From sequence record MN850615.1: a stretch of 64,000 nucleotides of DNA; one strand, written 5' to 3'. The notes under the pieces are model-generated. The model made no database searches. It was given only the letters and a program-made list of their open reading frames with translations, and was not told the DNA's origin. Position numbers and translations under genes: made by a program. The DNA comes from Escherichia phage kvi. This document shows positions 38,257-48,143 of the stretch, piece after piece. Within the stretch, counting starts at the first letter, position 1. Each line of letters begins with the position of its first letter.

Positions 38257-38757
38257 TTAACCGATTTTATCAAGTTCGTTTAATGCTTTCTCTGCTTCCT
38301 GTATAGCTTGCACTCTTTCCGGCATTTTGTCAAGAAAATCTTTCAACTCTTCAAAACTGGAGATATGACGCAAGGCATTAGCACCGATAGCCGCATGTGA
38401 TTTGCATTCAAAGCGAATTTTATAATTATCCATCGCCAATTTGAGAAGGTCTATTAGATCATATTCATGACCAGGCAATAAAACTTCTTTGAAGCACGCT
38501 CGGTCGCCATCGGAAAACCATATATTATCACCAACATCGATAGAACTAATATAATCCCCTTCGTGATTATAGATTGAACGTACATTACCCCAACGGTCTA
38601 CCGTAGCGACAGTAAATGGTTTATCTAGATATGTAAACACACCATCAATATTAGGTTTTTGTTCGTAACGCCAACAATCACGCAAAATGCGCTTTTCGTC
38701 CTCACCAACCAACTTATATGTCTTCCCTTCTTCCCATTTCATAATATCATCTCTCAT
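38257..38757 (-). CDS. paralogous family member
   Basis: 166 aa; MKWEEGKTYK.., ..DRACFKEV.., helical tail. Confidence 0.5.
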   Translation of the reverse strand: MRDDIMKWEEGKTYKLVGEDEKRILRDCWRYEQKPNIDGVFTYLDKPFTVATVDRWGNVRSIYNHEGDYISSIDVGDNIWFSDGDRACFKEVLLPGHEYDLIDLLKLAMDNYKIRFECKSHAAIGANALRHISSFEELKDFLDKMPERVQAIQEAEKALNELDKIG

Positions 38758-39283
38758 TTTTGATACGTGATTCTAATTGGATCATACGGTCGCGCGTTTG
38801 CTTGTATTCGCGGATAGCACCGATCCGGCTAGGCATACCATCCAGTACGCTCTTAATACCTTCTATGGTAGTAATTTTGGCAATGCTATTATGTAACCCC
38901 ATCTTATCGATCAACTGAATGTCGTAGGCTTCCATAAGCAGACCCAGACGTTCTAAAGTTAGGTCTTCTTCTTTTTCTTCCGATTCTGGAATCTTAGGTT
39001 CAATAGTAACTTCGGTAAAGAAACGACGCTCACCCGACCAAAACCACACACCGGAACAGCCAATAGGGGATTCTTTTAACGTCATAGAGTCGAAATTACT
39101 ATTATTGGTAGTAATTTCTCTAACATCACCATCATCGTCAAGGTCTTCTACCCTAAACGGGCGACCAGCCAACAAGTCAACAATACATCTGTTAATAGAC
39201 GACGAAAATTTAGTCAGTTCGGCTTTCGACGCTTCGCATTCAATCTTGTAAGTTTTACCAACTTCCCATTCCATAATAATCAC
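38747..39283 (-). CDS. paralogous family member
   Basis: 178 aa; MEWEVGKTYK.., ..ERRFFTEV.., helical tail. Confidence 0.5.
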   Translation of the reverse strand: MIIMEWEVGKTYKIECEASKAELTKFSSSINRCIVDLLAGRPFRVEDLDDDGDVREITTNNSNFDSMTLKESPIGCSGVWFWSGERRFFTEVTIEPKIPESEEKEEDLTLERLGLLMEAYDIQLIDKMGLHNSIAKITTIEGIKSVLDGMPSRIGAIREYKQTRDRMIQLESRIKNER

Positions 39284-39284
39284 C

Positions 39285-39794
39285 TCAAATAATTTTCACT
39301 GGAATACTATTAACAATCTTGTATTGTACTTGATTGTCAGACCCCCGCCACGGCTTCTTCGTTGGCATATCTTTAATATAACGCCCATCGATGAACATGT
39401 CAACTGATTCTACAATTTTTCTTTGCTCATCATTCAATTGGTCAAGGGTATAACCAGACCATAGCCAAATATCTTTATTTGGCATCCATGATTTTACTTC
39501 ATCGATGATCCGCTGTACACCCTTTAAATTGCGTTTATACAATGGATCGCCACCTAAGAATGTTAGCCCCTGAATAAAATCAGGTCTAAGCAGATCCAGA
39601 ATCAATCCCATTGTATCATCGGTGAATGGTTCCCCGTTCTTAGGATTGAGTAGGCTAGCATTAAAGCAACCATCACATGCGTGTGAACATCCGGTAACGT
39701 AAAGGGAGACTCTCACTCCCTCACCGTTCACCATATCACAATCTTTAATATCGGCATAGCGTAGCTTGCCGTATGTATCAGAACTCATATTCAA
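39285..39794 (-). CDS. nrdG: anaerobic ribonucleotide reductase activating protein (radical SAM)
   Basis: 169 aa; cysteine cluster ..GCSHACDGCFN.. Confidence 0.85.
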   Translation of the reverse strand: MNMSSDTYGKLRYADIKDCDMVNGEGVRVSLYVTGCSHACDGCFNASLLNPKNGEPFTDDTMGLILDLLRPDFIQGLTFLGGDPLYKRNLKGVQRIIDEVKSWMPNKDIWLWSGYTLDQLNDEQRKIVESVDMFIDGRYIKDMPTKKPWRGSDNQVQYKIVNSIPVKII

Positions 39795-39930
39795 TTACCC
39801 CGAACTCGTTTACAATCTGCGCTTTATAGTAACCACCGCGAGATGCTAATAGATAAGCTGGGCTTAGGTATTCGTATTCACGGATTTCTACTTGTGCGTT
39901 TTCAGTTTCCCAAATCAGTAAAGTCCACAT
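39778..39930 (-). CDS. hypothetical small protein (50 aa)
   Basis: track ORF 39778..40005 trimmed to ATG 39930 with AGGAGAATCAAAT leader. Confidence 0.4.
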   Translation of the reverse strand: MWTLLIWETENAQVEIREYEYLSPAYLLASRGGYYKAQIVNEFGVIEYEF

Positions 39931-39972
39931 ATTTGATTCTCCTGTAAAGTTGTATCTCGTCTTGATGAATAT

Positions 39973-40002
39973 AGTATAGGGGATCGCGAGATCCCCGTCA
40001 AG
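39973..40002 (-). promoter_or_regulatory. sigma70-type promoter with palindromic spacer (TTGACG-ggggatctcgcgatcccc-TATACT)
   Basis: rc of 39997..40002 TTGACG; rc of 39973..39978 TATACT; palindromic spacer. Confidence 0.55.
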
Positions 40003-40005
40003 CAT

Positions 40006-40554
40006 TTATTTTAAATTTTTTCGAATGTATTCAGACCATTCCTTCCCTGTCATTTCGGACCCATTCTGGAAACTGAAATATTCATACGGCATCGAGTCAA
40101 GATAAAACAGGATCATACATCGCGCCATATAATACCAATCACGATTAAAGTAAACTACGTTATCGCCAGTACCATCAGCACCTTTATCATAACCATCGCG
40201 GGTACGGGCGACCCATTGAATAGTATCATTTTTCTCACGGATCGTAACAGGTTCCCAATATCCAGCACATCCAGCATGACCACACGAACAAGTCAGGAAA
40301 TATTGACCTTTTGCTTTGTTGTCATCCCATTCACGATGGATTGGTTCGATCTCGTGAAACAGTGCTAAGCAATCATGATTATGCAACACTGGCTTACCAT
40401 CAATCAATGCATGGAATGTATACAAACGACCAGTAGACAAATAGCTATCCTCACGCTCAACCAGTTCAATAGCAATCTTTTTAGCTCGTTCTTTGTGTCG
40501 TTGTGCTTTACGCTTACGGTTTAATGATTTCATATTCACCTCACACATTATCAA
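40006..40554 (-). CDS. hypothetical protein (182 aa)
   Basis: track ORF. Confidence 0.5.
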   Translation of the reverse strand: MIMCEVNMKSLNRKRKAQRHKERAKKIAIELVEREDSYLSTGRLYTFHALIDGKPVLHNHDCLALFHEIEPIHREWDDNKAKGQYFLTCSCGHAGCAGYWEPVTIREKNDTIQWVARTRDGYDKGADGTGDNVVYFNRDWYYMARCMILFYLDSMPYEYFSFQNGSEMTGKEWSEYIRKNLK

Positions 40555-41096
40555 AGGTCGCGATATAGTACATTATGAAAATGAGAACTTGCATTACCAA
40601 TATTGTAGATAATAAATTCTTCATCCGGCGCTTGCGCTACAAATTGAGTATGAGCAACCGCCACAACCTTAAAAATACGATCCGTGATCTTGTGTTTAAT
40701 TTCGGCTCCTACTTCCATAGGAACATATTCATGTGTTTCTGTTTCAGTCGCAAAACAGCCATCTTCTTCATAAGCACGAACAAATCGATCGCAATCAGTA
40801 CGCTTAACAAATTCAAGAGTATACAATTCTCGTGAATTGTCGGTATAGACTAATACAGAATTATTCTGATAGCGAATCACATACAGGTTATTATCATCGT
40901 CAATTACGCAAAAGCTACGGATTTGTGTTCCTTCGCCTTTACTCCAGCAGATATTAACCACAGTTCCTCTAATAAAAAAACTTTCCTTTAAATTAAAACT
41001 AGCCAATGTGCTAGCGTGCATTTTAACAACAACACCATCGCCAATTTCCAGTTTACGAAGTTTAACTTCTTTGTTCAGTACACAAAACATCATCAT
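40551..41096 (-). CDS. hypothetical protein (181 aa)
   Basis: track ORF. Confidence 0.5.
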   Translation of the reverse strand: MMMFCVLNKEVKLRKLEIGDGVVVKMHASTLASFNLKESFFIRGTVVNICWSKGEGTQIRSFCVIDDDNNLYVIRYQNNSVLVYTDNSRELYTLEFVKRTDCDRFVRAYEEDGCFATETETHEYVPMEVGAEIKHKITDRIFKVVAVAHTQFVAQAPDEEFIIYNIGNASSHFHNVLYRDL

Positions 41097-41124
41097 GTTG
41101 TCCTCTCGTTGTTTTCGATGTGAG

Positions 41125-41152
41125 CATTATACATTAGCTAATCATGTTGTCA
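41125..41152 (-). promoter_or_regulatory. sigma70-type promoter (TTGACA-N16-TATAAT)
   Basis: rc of 41147..41152 TTGACA; rc of 41125..41130 TATAAT. Confidence 0.55.
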
Positions 41153-41161
41153 ACACCCCAA

Positions 41162-41190
41162 AACGAAAAAGCCGACCCTTTCGGATCGGC
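41162..41190 (-). terminator. rho-independent terminator after nrdD
   Basis: hairpin agccga..tcggct followed on minus by TTTTTCGTTTT. Confidence 0.6.
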
Positions 41191-41196
41191 TGAAAT

Positions 41197-43059
41197 TTAC
41201 ATGTGCTTAACGCGGTTTACCATCTCGGAGTGTTTCCCGTGGTTAAATGGACGCAGATCAACAGATCCAAGATATCCACTAACGCGACGGATAACATTCA
41301 TCTTTTCCAGATTGTCATTGCCGCAATCAGGACAAACAAAACCAGACTCGGTTGCTCTCATTTCCTTAGTAGATCCGCATACATGACATACATCAGAAGG
41401 AGTATTAACACCGAAGTAGTGCAATTTATCCATTGCATAGTCTACTACAGTTTCAAGACCTTTCAGGTTGTTTTTCATGTCTGGGAACTCAACATAAGAG
41501 ATCATGCCACCGGACGCCAGCCAGTGATAATCTTTCTCAAAGTCGATTTTCTCAAATGGAGTGACTTTCCGGTCTACGTCAAGGTGGAATGAGTTGGTGT
41601 ACCAGTCTTTATCGGTAGCACCCTTAACAATACCAAATTTCTCTCTGTCCAGTCGATTAAATCGATAGCAAAGACTCTCGGCTGGCGTACCGTAAAGACT
41701 AAACCCAAGTCCGGTTTCGTCCTTCCATTTTTCAGTATAATGACGCAAGATCTTAAGAATATGTTTACCGTATCGCTGCGCATCTTCCGAATCAAACGGA
41801 TGAACACCAAACAGGACGCTCAATACCTCATGTAAACCAATATATCCAAGAGAGATACTAGCGCGACCATCTTTCAGCACTTCCAAAATTTCATCGTTTT
41901 GATGAATACGGAAAAATGCACCTTCTGTATACAGCACCGGAGCAACATTGGCTTTAGCCCCTTTTAAAGCGTCTACGCGACTCATGAGCGCATCAAAGCA
42001 AATAGGCATACGATTAGCTAGCTCTTGTTCGAATAGCTCAATTCTGCGCATTACAGACGCTTTACCAGCACGACGAGCGGCAATAAGGGCAATACGCGGA
42101 AGATTCAGAGTCACAACACCTAAGTTATTACGTCCGTCTAATACTTCTTCGCCTTTCTCATTATGCCACACACCCAGGAAGCTACGACAACCCATCGGGC
42201 TAACCGGAACACTAGATCCAGTGATACTACGGTTATTCTTCGCAGAGATATAATCAGGGTAAAGACGCTTACTAGAACATTCCAATGCAAGTTGCTTAAT
42301 GTCGTAGTTCGGATCTTCCGGTTTAAGGTTTAATCCTTCTTCTAAGAACATCACCAGCTTAGGAAACACCGGAGTGATACCATCTTTACCTAAACCTTTA
42401 GTTCGAACGTTCAGGATCGCTTTCTGAATCAGTTTTTCTTCCCAGCTAGTACCCATACCAAAGGTTAAAGTCACAAAAGGAGTTTGACCGTTGGTGGAGA
42501 ACAAAGTGTTGATTTCATATTCCAACGCTTGATACCCGTCTAACGTTTCTTTTTCTGTCTTCTCTTGTGCATAGAGAGTATCAGCTTTGATTCCGTAGGT
42601 TTCGGCATCAGCAAGGTGTTTATGATATGTTTTCTTAACATACGGTGCTAACACCTGATCAATGTTTGCAATTGTGGTCCCGCCATATTGATGACTTGCC
42701 ACCTGTGCGATAATTTGAGCGGTTACAGCACAAGCAACGCCGATTGATTTCGGACTTTCGATTTGTGCGCTACCCAATTTAAAACCATTCTCTAGCATGT
42801 CTTTAAGATTAACAAGACAGCAGTTAGTAAACGGCATAGCGGGTGCATAATCCATATCATGATAATGAATATCACCGTCTACATGCGCTTTATAGATGTG
42901 CTCAGGTAACACGGTTTTAGCAATCTGTTTAGACACAGCACCAGCAATCAGATCTCGACGTGTCGGGAATGTTCGCGCGTCTTTGTTCGCGTTCTCTTTG
43001 CTTACTTCGTTTTCTTTACCCGTTGCGATCTCTGTAATGTCTTTGATTAGTTTTTCCAT
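41197..43059 (-). CDS. nrdD: anaerobic ribonucleoside-triphosphate reductase (glycyl radical enzyme), uninterrupted
   Basis: 620 aa; C-terminal glycyl-radical motif ..RVSGYLG.. and Zn-ribbon cysteines ..CHVCG..CPDCG.. Confidence 0.9.
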   Translation of the reverse strand: MEKLIKDITEIATGKENEVSKENANKDARTFPTRRDLIAGAVSKQIAKTVLPEHIYKAHVDGDIHYHDMDYAPAMPFTNCCLVNLKDMLENGFKLGSAQIESPKSIGVACAVTAQIIAQVASHQYGGTTIANIDQVLAPYVKKTYHKHLADAETYGIKADTLYAQEKTEKETLDGYQALEYEINTLFSTNGQTPFVTLTFGMGTSWEEKLIQKAILNVRTKGLGKDGITPVFPKLVMFLEEGLNLKPEDPNYDIKQLALECSSKRLYPDYISAKNNRSITGSSVPVSPMGCRSFLGVWHNEKGEEVLDGRNNLGVVTLNLPRIALIAARRAGKASVMRRIELFEQELANRMPICFDALMSRVDALKGAKANVAPVLYTEGAFFRIHQNDEILEVLKDGRASISLGYIGLHEVLSVLFGVHPFDSEDAQRYGKHILKILRHYTEKWKDETGLGFSLYGTPAESLCYRFNRLDREKFGIVKGATDKDWYTNSFHLDVDRKVTPFEKIDFEKDYHWLASGGMISYVEFPDMKNNLKGLETVVDYAMDKLHYFGVNTPSDVCHVCGSTKEMRATESGFVCPDCGNDNLEKMNVIRRVSGYLGSVDLRPFNHGKHSEMVNRVKHM

Positions 43060-43070
43060 TGTATCACCTA

Positions 43071-43094
43071 TTAAAAAGCGGGATTTCTCCCGCT
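43071..43094 (-). terminator. rho-independent terminator
   Basis: hairpin gcgggagaaatcccgc followed on minus by TTTTTAA. Confidence 0.55.
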
Positions 43095-43103
43095 CGTTGA
43101 TAG

Positions 43104-43598
43104 TTATTTTACCAGTTCTGCTAATTCTTTTTCTTTAGCTTCTAGTTCAGCTTTAAGCTGTTTAATCTCTTGTCGCTTCTTATTAGCGGCTTCTTGCTTA
43201 CTATTTCGGATAACCTGATCTAGATACAACTCCCAATCCTGAATATTTTTGATAATGTAACCGTCAACATTAATTGGTCGGAGATTCAGTACAGCTTCCA
43301 GTTTAGTTGCAAAAACTTTAATTGCTGGTGTGAAGTATTCATACTCGTTATCTTCAAACCAATAACCTAGACTTGCATTCTCAATACGAAGATGAAGTTT
43401 AAGATCAAGGTCTTTATCATCGGTATATAGGTCTTTTACACACCCCATAGAATTAACAACAACTTTAAAACGAATTTTATCTACACCACCAAACACATCT
43501 TCAAGAATATCAGCAATTGAGCTATTAGCGCAAGATTGGTCGCTGAATGCGTCAAGATTTTCTTTAGTTACAGTATACCAAACATCTTGTACCCACAT
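43104..43598 (-). CDS. hypothetical protein with C-terminal coiled coil (164 aa)
   Basis: track ORF; K/E-rich heptad tail. Confidence 0.5.
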   Translation of the reverse strand: MWVQDVWYTVTKENLDAFSDQSCANSSIADILEDVFGGVDKIRFKVVVNSMGCVKDLYTDDKDLDLKLHLRIENASLGYWFEDNEYEYFTPAIKVFATKLEAVLNLRPINVDGYIIKNIQDWELYLDQVIRNSKQEAANKKRQEIKQLKAELEAKEKELAELVK

Positions 43599-43652
43599 AA
43601 TATAATCCTCTCGTTGTTAAGTGGGAGTATTATAGCATACTCCCTTCGCATG

Positions 43653-44831
43653 TCAAACACTAACTTTTTTCTTTACTGCTTTCACCTTCTGGCGAATTGC
43701 TCGAATCTCTTCGATCTCTTTTTCAGTCTCTTTAACAATTTCTTTGCGATTCTGAATATCTGTATCGAGATTATCATCAAGTTTAGGCAGCATGTCAATC
43801 AAGAACTTTTTAAGGTCTTTCAGGTTTCGAATAACAGCACCTTCGCCCATTACCGCAACACCCACACCATCCGGCAGATCACCAAACAGCTTAACCAGTT
43901 CAGACAGATGATCATGATCTTCTAGTGCTTCTTCCGGTTCAGATGGCAGTTCAACAAAGTTATAACGTTCATCATTGCTGATCAAGTGATACCAGCAAAG
44001 CCCGAAAGATTTCGGTGTATATTCTACACCATCAATTTCAACCGCGTCAACACTTCCATAATCATCTACTTTAGTTACCTTAAATCCTTGTCCCAGCTTT
44101 TGAACAATTTCAACAACATGACTTGATACAGTTTCAGCGGTAAACCAATATGGCAAATTATGCTGATTTGGCTTGTAGCGTTCACCTACTTTAAATCTCT
44201 GACCATCCGCTTGCATAGCATGAAATTGTTGTTTCGTGATTTCCGCGAAGTATTCAAATTCGCTACCGTCAAACAAGCAATTCCATTGATCACAAAAACG
44301 ATCTGCCTTAACGGTTTCACCTTTCGCGGTGATCATGGTAGCTGATCCGTGCAATTCTTCTTCAACTAAAAAGCCATATTCGACAAAATCAACAAGTTTC
44401 ATGGCTTCTTTGTGCTCTGGGTCATGCTCTCCCCAGAATCGCTTAAATTCTTGCAAACCTTCTGGGGTAAACGAATAACATTTACCTTTTTCAAAGTAAG
44501 TCGGCATTGCATCCTCTTTCTTGTTCATCGCTTCGTATGCCTCTTTTGAGATACGTTTAAAGTATTTGCGCTCATTGTGCATAATCATAGTAGACCAATA
44601 ATAAACGATATCCTCAGCGGAATAAACTACATCTCCAGCTTCAATAGTAATAACATGACCGTGGTCATCTTTTTCTAATACTTTAAAGCCCTTTTCTACG
44701 ATTTCAGCAACCCGAATATGACCACGGCGCGAAGCATCGGTCAGAATAATTGAATAGCGAGAAAAGTCTAGAAACTCATCTTTACCGCCTTCACGGAATG
44801 CATAGTAATGACCTTCAAAGAATTTAGCCAT
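43653..44831 (-). CDS. large member (392 aa) of the paralogous ..EIDG.. family
   Basis: contains ..VDAVEIDGVEY.., ..ERYNFVEL.., ..NERKYFKRI.. and helical tail. Confidence 0.5.
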   Translation of the reverse strand: MAKFFEGHYYAFREGGKDEFLDFSRYSIILTDASRRGHIRVAEIVEKGFKVLEKDDHGHVITIEAGDVVYSAEDIVYYWSTMIMHNERKYFKRISKEAYEAMNKKEDAMPTYFEKGKCYSFTPEGLQEFKRFWGEHDPEHKEAMKLVDFVEYGFLVEEELHGSATMITAKGETVKADRFCDQWNCLFDGSEFEYFAEITKQQFHAMQADGQRFKVGERYKPNQHNLPYWFTAETVSSHVVEIVQKLGQGFKVTKVDDYGSVDAVEIDGVEYTPKSFGLCWYHLISNDERYNFVELPSEPEEALEDHDHLSELVKLFGDLPDGVGVAVMGEGAVIRNLKDLKKFLIDMLPKLDDNLDTDIQNRKEIVKETEKEIEEIRAIRQKVKAVKKKVSV

Positions 44832-44887
44832 AATATAATCCTCTCGTTGTTTAGACGGGAGTATCTTACTACTCCCGTTTCATCATG

Positions 44888-45472
44888 TCAAGCGTTAAAT
44901 GACTTTTGGATCTCTTTCAGTTCAGCTACTTTATCGGCGCTGAATTTAGCGTAGGCATCATGTCGAATAATTTCACTTTCAAGAAAGGTTTCCAGCCGAG
45001 ATCTATTTTCAATAAGGAACTCTTTCAGGTCTTCCGCGTTCTTGATAAAGATTTTATTGTCGGTAATGTCATCTTCAATCGCAAAGGAGATAGAGCGAAC
45101 TTTACCAAACAAGTTAATCAGATCTTCCAGCGATTCTTCATTCTTAACTGGTTTCATTTCTTCAAACTGCTTTTTAGTGATGCGTTTAAAGTATTTGCGC
45201 TCGTTTGCAGCAATCAGAACAGATGCACCTTCATACCCATGAGTTTCTACCAGATACACACGCCCCATCGCATCAACAGTGAGAACTTTAAAGCCGTTAC
45301 AAAGCACGTCATACAAGAACTTATTATGTTGCGGACATCGTTTGATAAATTCTGCGGCTGTTTCTGCATTACGGAAAGTGTAATAACGACCTCGTTCAAA
45401 AACAGCATCATTTGAAGACTTAGCCGGATACAATTTATACGTTTTCTGTACCATAATATAATCCTCTATCAT
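44888..45472 (-). CDS. paralogous family member (194 aa)
   Basis: shares ..NGFKVL.VDAMG.. and ..ANERKYFKRITKKQFEEM.. with 43653..44831. Confidence 0.5.
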   Translation of the reverse strand: MIEDYIMVQKTYKLYPAKSSNDAVFERGRYYTFRNAETAAEFIKRCPQHNKFLYDVLCNGFKVLTVDAMGRVYLVETHGYEGASVLIAANERKYFKRITKKQFEEMKPVKNEESLEDLINLFGKVRSISFAIEDDITDNKIFIKNAEDLKEFLIENRSRLETFLESEIIRHDAYAKFSADKVAELKEIQKSFNA

Positions 45473-45801
45473 TTCACTAATTGAACAGCACGGAACAGAA
45501 TGCGCTCACACGGAAGCAGCATAAATTCCCAACGCGGATCAAAGTCTTTAGCGGTGTATGTTTTCCCATCAACCGAGATTTCACTTACATAACCAACAGG
45601 TGACACTTTAAGAACAGTAAACCCATTCTTGATGACTTCGTAAGTATCTTTCACCCCTTCGTATTCATCATCTAAGAAGTCTTTATGTGCTTGCTCAGAT
45701 TTAAAAACATAGGCCACACCGGATTTAAACATCTTACGCATTGTTGATTCTCCTTCTTGATTAGATGGGAGTATTTTACTACTCCCATTTCTTATTGTCA
45801 A
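45469..45801 (-). CDS. paralogous family member (110 aa)
   Basis: ..NGFTVLKVSPVGYVSEISVDGKTY.. pattern. Confidence 0.45.
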   Translation of the reverse strand: MTIRNGSSKILPSNQEGESTMRKMFKSGVAYVFKSEQAHKDFLDDEYEGVKDTYEVIKNGFTVLKVSPVGYVSEISVDGKTYTAKDFDPRWEFMLLPCERILFRAVQLVK

Positions 45802-45804
45802 CTA

Positions 45805-46278
45805 CTATCTTAATCTTTGTATGAATTGTTTCTTATACTTCTTCGTGATCTCTTCTCTTGTATCCGCGTCACAGTAATCGAAACCTTCTGCGTCCATAAT
45901 AGCAACCATCTCCGCTCGTGTCAAGCGTGAAAATCGTTTTACTTTATCAACAGCATATTGAGGATGTAAATGATTGTTGGTGTAGTCTCCTTTGATGTAA
46001 TTAACATAGTTTGTAGCCCAAACAACGAAATCAGCACCTAAAGCACCAACACCAAACCGTTTAAAGTCTCCGGTCAACGATCCTTCTAGGCGGTTGCAAC
46101 ACGAATGAAGCAATCCCCTTACGCGGCCTTGCCCTTTCCCATCTAGATCATGATCATGGTCAAGATGGTTTTTGCTCATATCCTCAAAAAGTGGCAATTG
46201 ACAAAGGGGGCAAATGCCCCCCTGTTTTTCGAATAGTTCTTGTTTGTACTCTTTAGCACTCTTAGCAGTCAGTAACAT
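45805..46278 (-). CDS. 49: endonuclease VII (Holliday junction resolvase)
   Basis: ATG 46278 gives 157 aa; ..CPLCQ..NHLDHDHDL..GLLHSCCN.. His-Me/zinc motifs as in T4 endoVII. Confidence 0.85.
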   Translation of the reverse strand: MLLTAKSAKEYKQELFEKQGGICPLCQLPLFEDMSKNHLDHDHDLDGKGQGRVRGLLHSCCNRLEGSLTGDFKRFGVGALGADFVVWATNYVNYIKGDYTNNHLHPQYAVDKVKRFSRLTRAEMVAIMDAEGFDYCDADTREEITKKYKKQFIQRLR

Positions 46279-46302
46279 AAATTCACCCTCCAAAGAAGGT
46301 AT

Positions 46303-46596
46303 TTAACCATTAATCTTGTTTTTGACTACAAAGGATCTGAACTCATCAAAACCACCTATATAATCACCATTATAGAAAATCTGCGGCATGGTGGCAATAA
46401 CTTCTACCCCTGCGCGATCCTGAATGTCGGCAATGATAGAATCAATCTTTACCGGACGACCGTTTTCGTCTACACCATCATTAACCGGAATGTAGATGTA
46501 AGGGATCTTACGCGATTCACAAAGGCGCTTTGCATTCTGGCAATACTTACAGTTGTAACCTTCAAAACCAAAAATTTCTACCATATTATACCTCAA
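46303..46596 (-). CDS. nrdC: thioredoxin/glutaredoxin-like protein (NrdC-like)
   Basis: 97 aa; active site ..CKYCQNAKRL.. and ..YIGGFDEF..; adjacent to gene 49. Confidence 0.75.
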   Translation of the reverse strand: MRYNMVEIFGFEGYNCKYCQNAKRLCESRKIPYIYIPVNDGVDENGRPVKIDSIIADIQDRAGVEVIATMPQIFYNGDYIGGFDEFRSFVVKNKING

Positions 46597-47405
46597 TCTA
46601 CGTTAGTTACATAAACTTCTTGCGTATCAGAAGACTTGCCACCTGAACGATCTAGGCAATAGGTCTTATTCAACAGGACGCAGTTTAGATCATTCCGCTT
46701 GATAAAGTCAAGAAGATGATCATTTACCTTTCCCTTATGATGCGTGACATTACTGATACCAAACTGAAAACCACGCGCCATAATAGATTCTACCCACTGA
46801 TAGAATTTAATCTCTTCCTCGTCACTCCAGAACTTATTATATTCCGCAGAAGTGATAAGATACGGCGGGTCCAAATAAACGAAATCACCTGGCAAGATCT
46901 CGATCTCGTCATAGCGACCAGACGTAAAACTGATTCGACCGTCTTTGTTTTCTTCCTTAAAATTCAGGACACGCTCTACCGCGTTTTCGTTAAAAGTCCG
47001 GCGACCAAAATTAGCATTAAATTCGCCCTTCCGGTTATGGCGGTTAATGTTGCTAAAACTATGCTGAATCAACACAAACAGCGATAGCGGATCTGGATTC
47101 TCGTTATACTTCTTACGGAATGTCATGTAAGCGTCTTTATCTTCGCGAGACAAACCATTTTCGGCAATAATCCGCTTGATCGTAGAAACCGGATCAGGAC
47201 ACTCGTCAATGGCCTTGTAAGCGTCAATTAATTGGTGATCATAGTCATTAGCCAGCACATCCCCTTCGACGTACAGAGACACGCTCAAGCCGCCACAAAA
47301 GGCATCAACAAAGCGGTTATAGTGCTTAGGGAAATACTTACTAACACCTGGTAATAGCTTTTCCTTATTGCCAGTATAGGGAATTAAACCTAATGCTTTC
47401 TTCAT
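46593..47405 (-). CDS. dam: DNA adenine methyltransferase
   Basis: 270 aa; motif I ..FVDAFCGGLSV.., motif IV ..DPPY..; recalls T4 Dam. Confidence 0.9.
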   Translation of the reverse strand: MKKALGLIPYTGNKEKLLPGVSKYFPKHYNRFVDAFCGGLSVSLYVEGDVLANDYDHQLIDAYKAIDECPDPVSTIKRIIAENGLSREDKDAYMTFRKKYNENPDPLSLFVLIQHSFSNINRHNRKGEFNANFGRRTFNENAVERVLNFKEENKDGRISFTSGRYDEIEILPGDFVYLDPPYLITSAEYNKFWSDEEEIKFYQWVESIMARGFQFGISNVTHHKGKVNDHLLDFIKRNDLNCVLLNKTYCLDRSGGKSSDTQEVYVTNVD

Positions 47406-47836
47406 TATCCCTTCCTCAAATAAGTTCTCTCAATCTCTACCAGTTCGAAAAAATCTTGCCAGTCGCAAGGAAAATTGCAGTTTCCGAAATGATCCTCTTT
47501 GTAAAGTTCTTTACCGGATGGCAGCTTAATATCTGTTACGCTGTAGTATCCGCAACAATCGCAATCACCCTCTGTATATTCTGTTTTAGTAGGAATATCC
47601 ATCATTGCCAGATACAAAGGTACATCGTCTTGCTCAAAGTTCATGTAACCTTCATGGTCGAATGAAACAAAGTTATCATCGCCACCGAAAGGGATATAAT
47701 GGTCATAATCGGTTACAGGTTGACCGTGTAATTCCCATTCTACATTTTTAACATTACCACTAAACTTTATACCCATAATTTCAACAAGAAAATGAGTATC
47801 GTCAATGTAAATCTTACTAGGGGTTGGATAAACCAT
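47405..47836 (-). CDS. hypothetical protein (143 aa)
   Basis: track ORF. Confidence 0.5.
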   Translation of the reverse strand: MVYPTPSKIYIDDTHFLVEIMGIKFSGNVKNVEWELHGQPVTDYDHYIPFGGDDNFVSFDHEGYMNFEQDDVPLYLAMMDIPTKTEYTEGDCDCCGYYSVTDIKLPSGKELYKEDHFGNCNFPCDWQDFFELVEIERTYLRKG

Positions 47837-47846
47837 TATATAATCC

Positions 47847-48143
47847 TCATATCTCAGAGAATAGAATCTCTGTTAGCTTCACTGACTGCTCTCTGAATGT
47901 TAGCGTATACTCGAAAGGAAAGTCAACACCTAATTTCAGAAGAGAATAGCCTACCGCCTCTTTATGCTTATCGGTTAGGGCGATCCTAACCAATTCCCGT
48001 TGAATCTCTTTAGGAGGTGAATGGATAGTAACACGGGTATCATGCAATGTCCAGTCACCATTTCGAATTAAGATTAACGGTTTATCATCATTGAAGATCA
48101 CCGACCCCTTTCCGGTCGGTGAATGTTTTATATTAATCATCAA
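47847..48143 (-). CDS. hypothetical protein (98 aa)
   Basis: track ORF. Confidence 0.45.
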   Translation of the reverse strand: MMINIKHSPTGKGSVIFNDDKPLILIRNGDWTLHDTRVTIHSPPKEIQRELVRIALTDKHKEAVGYSLLKLGVDFPFEYTLTFREQSVKLTEILFSEI

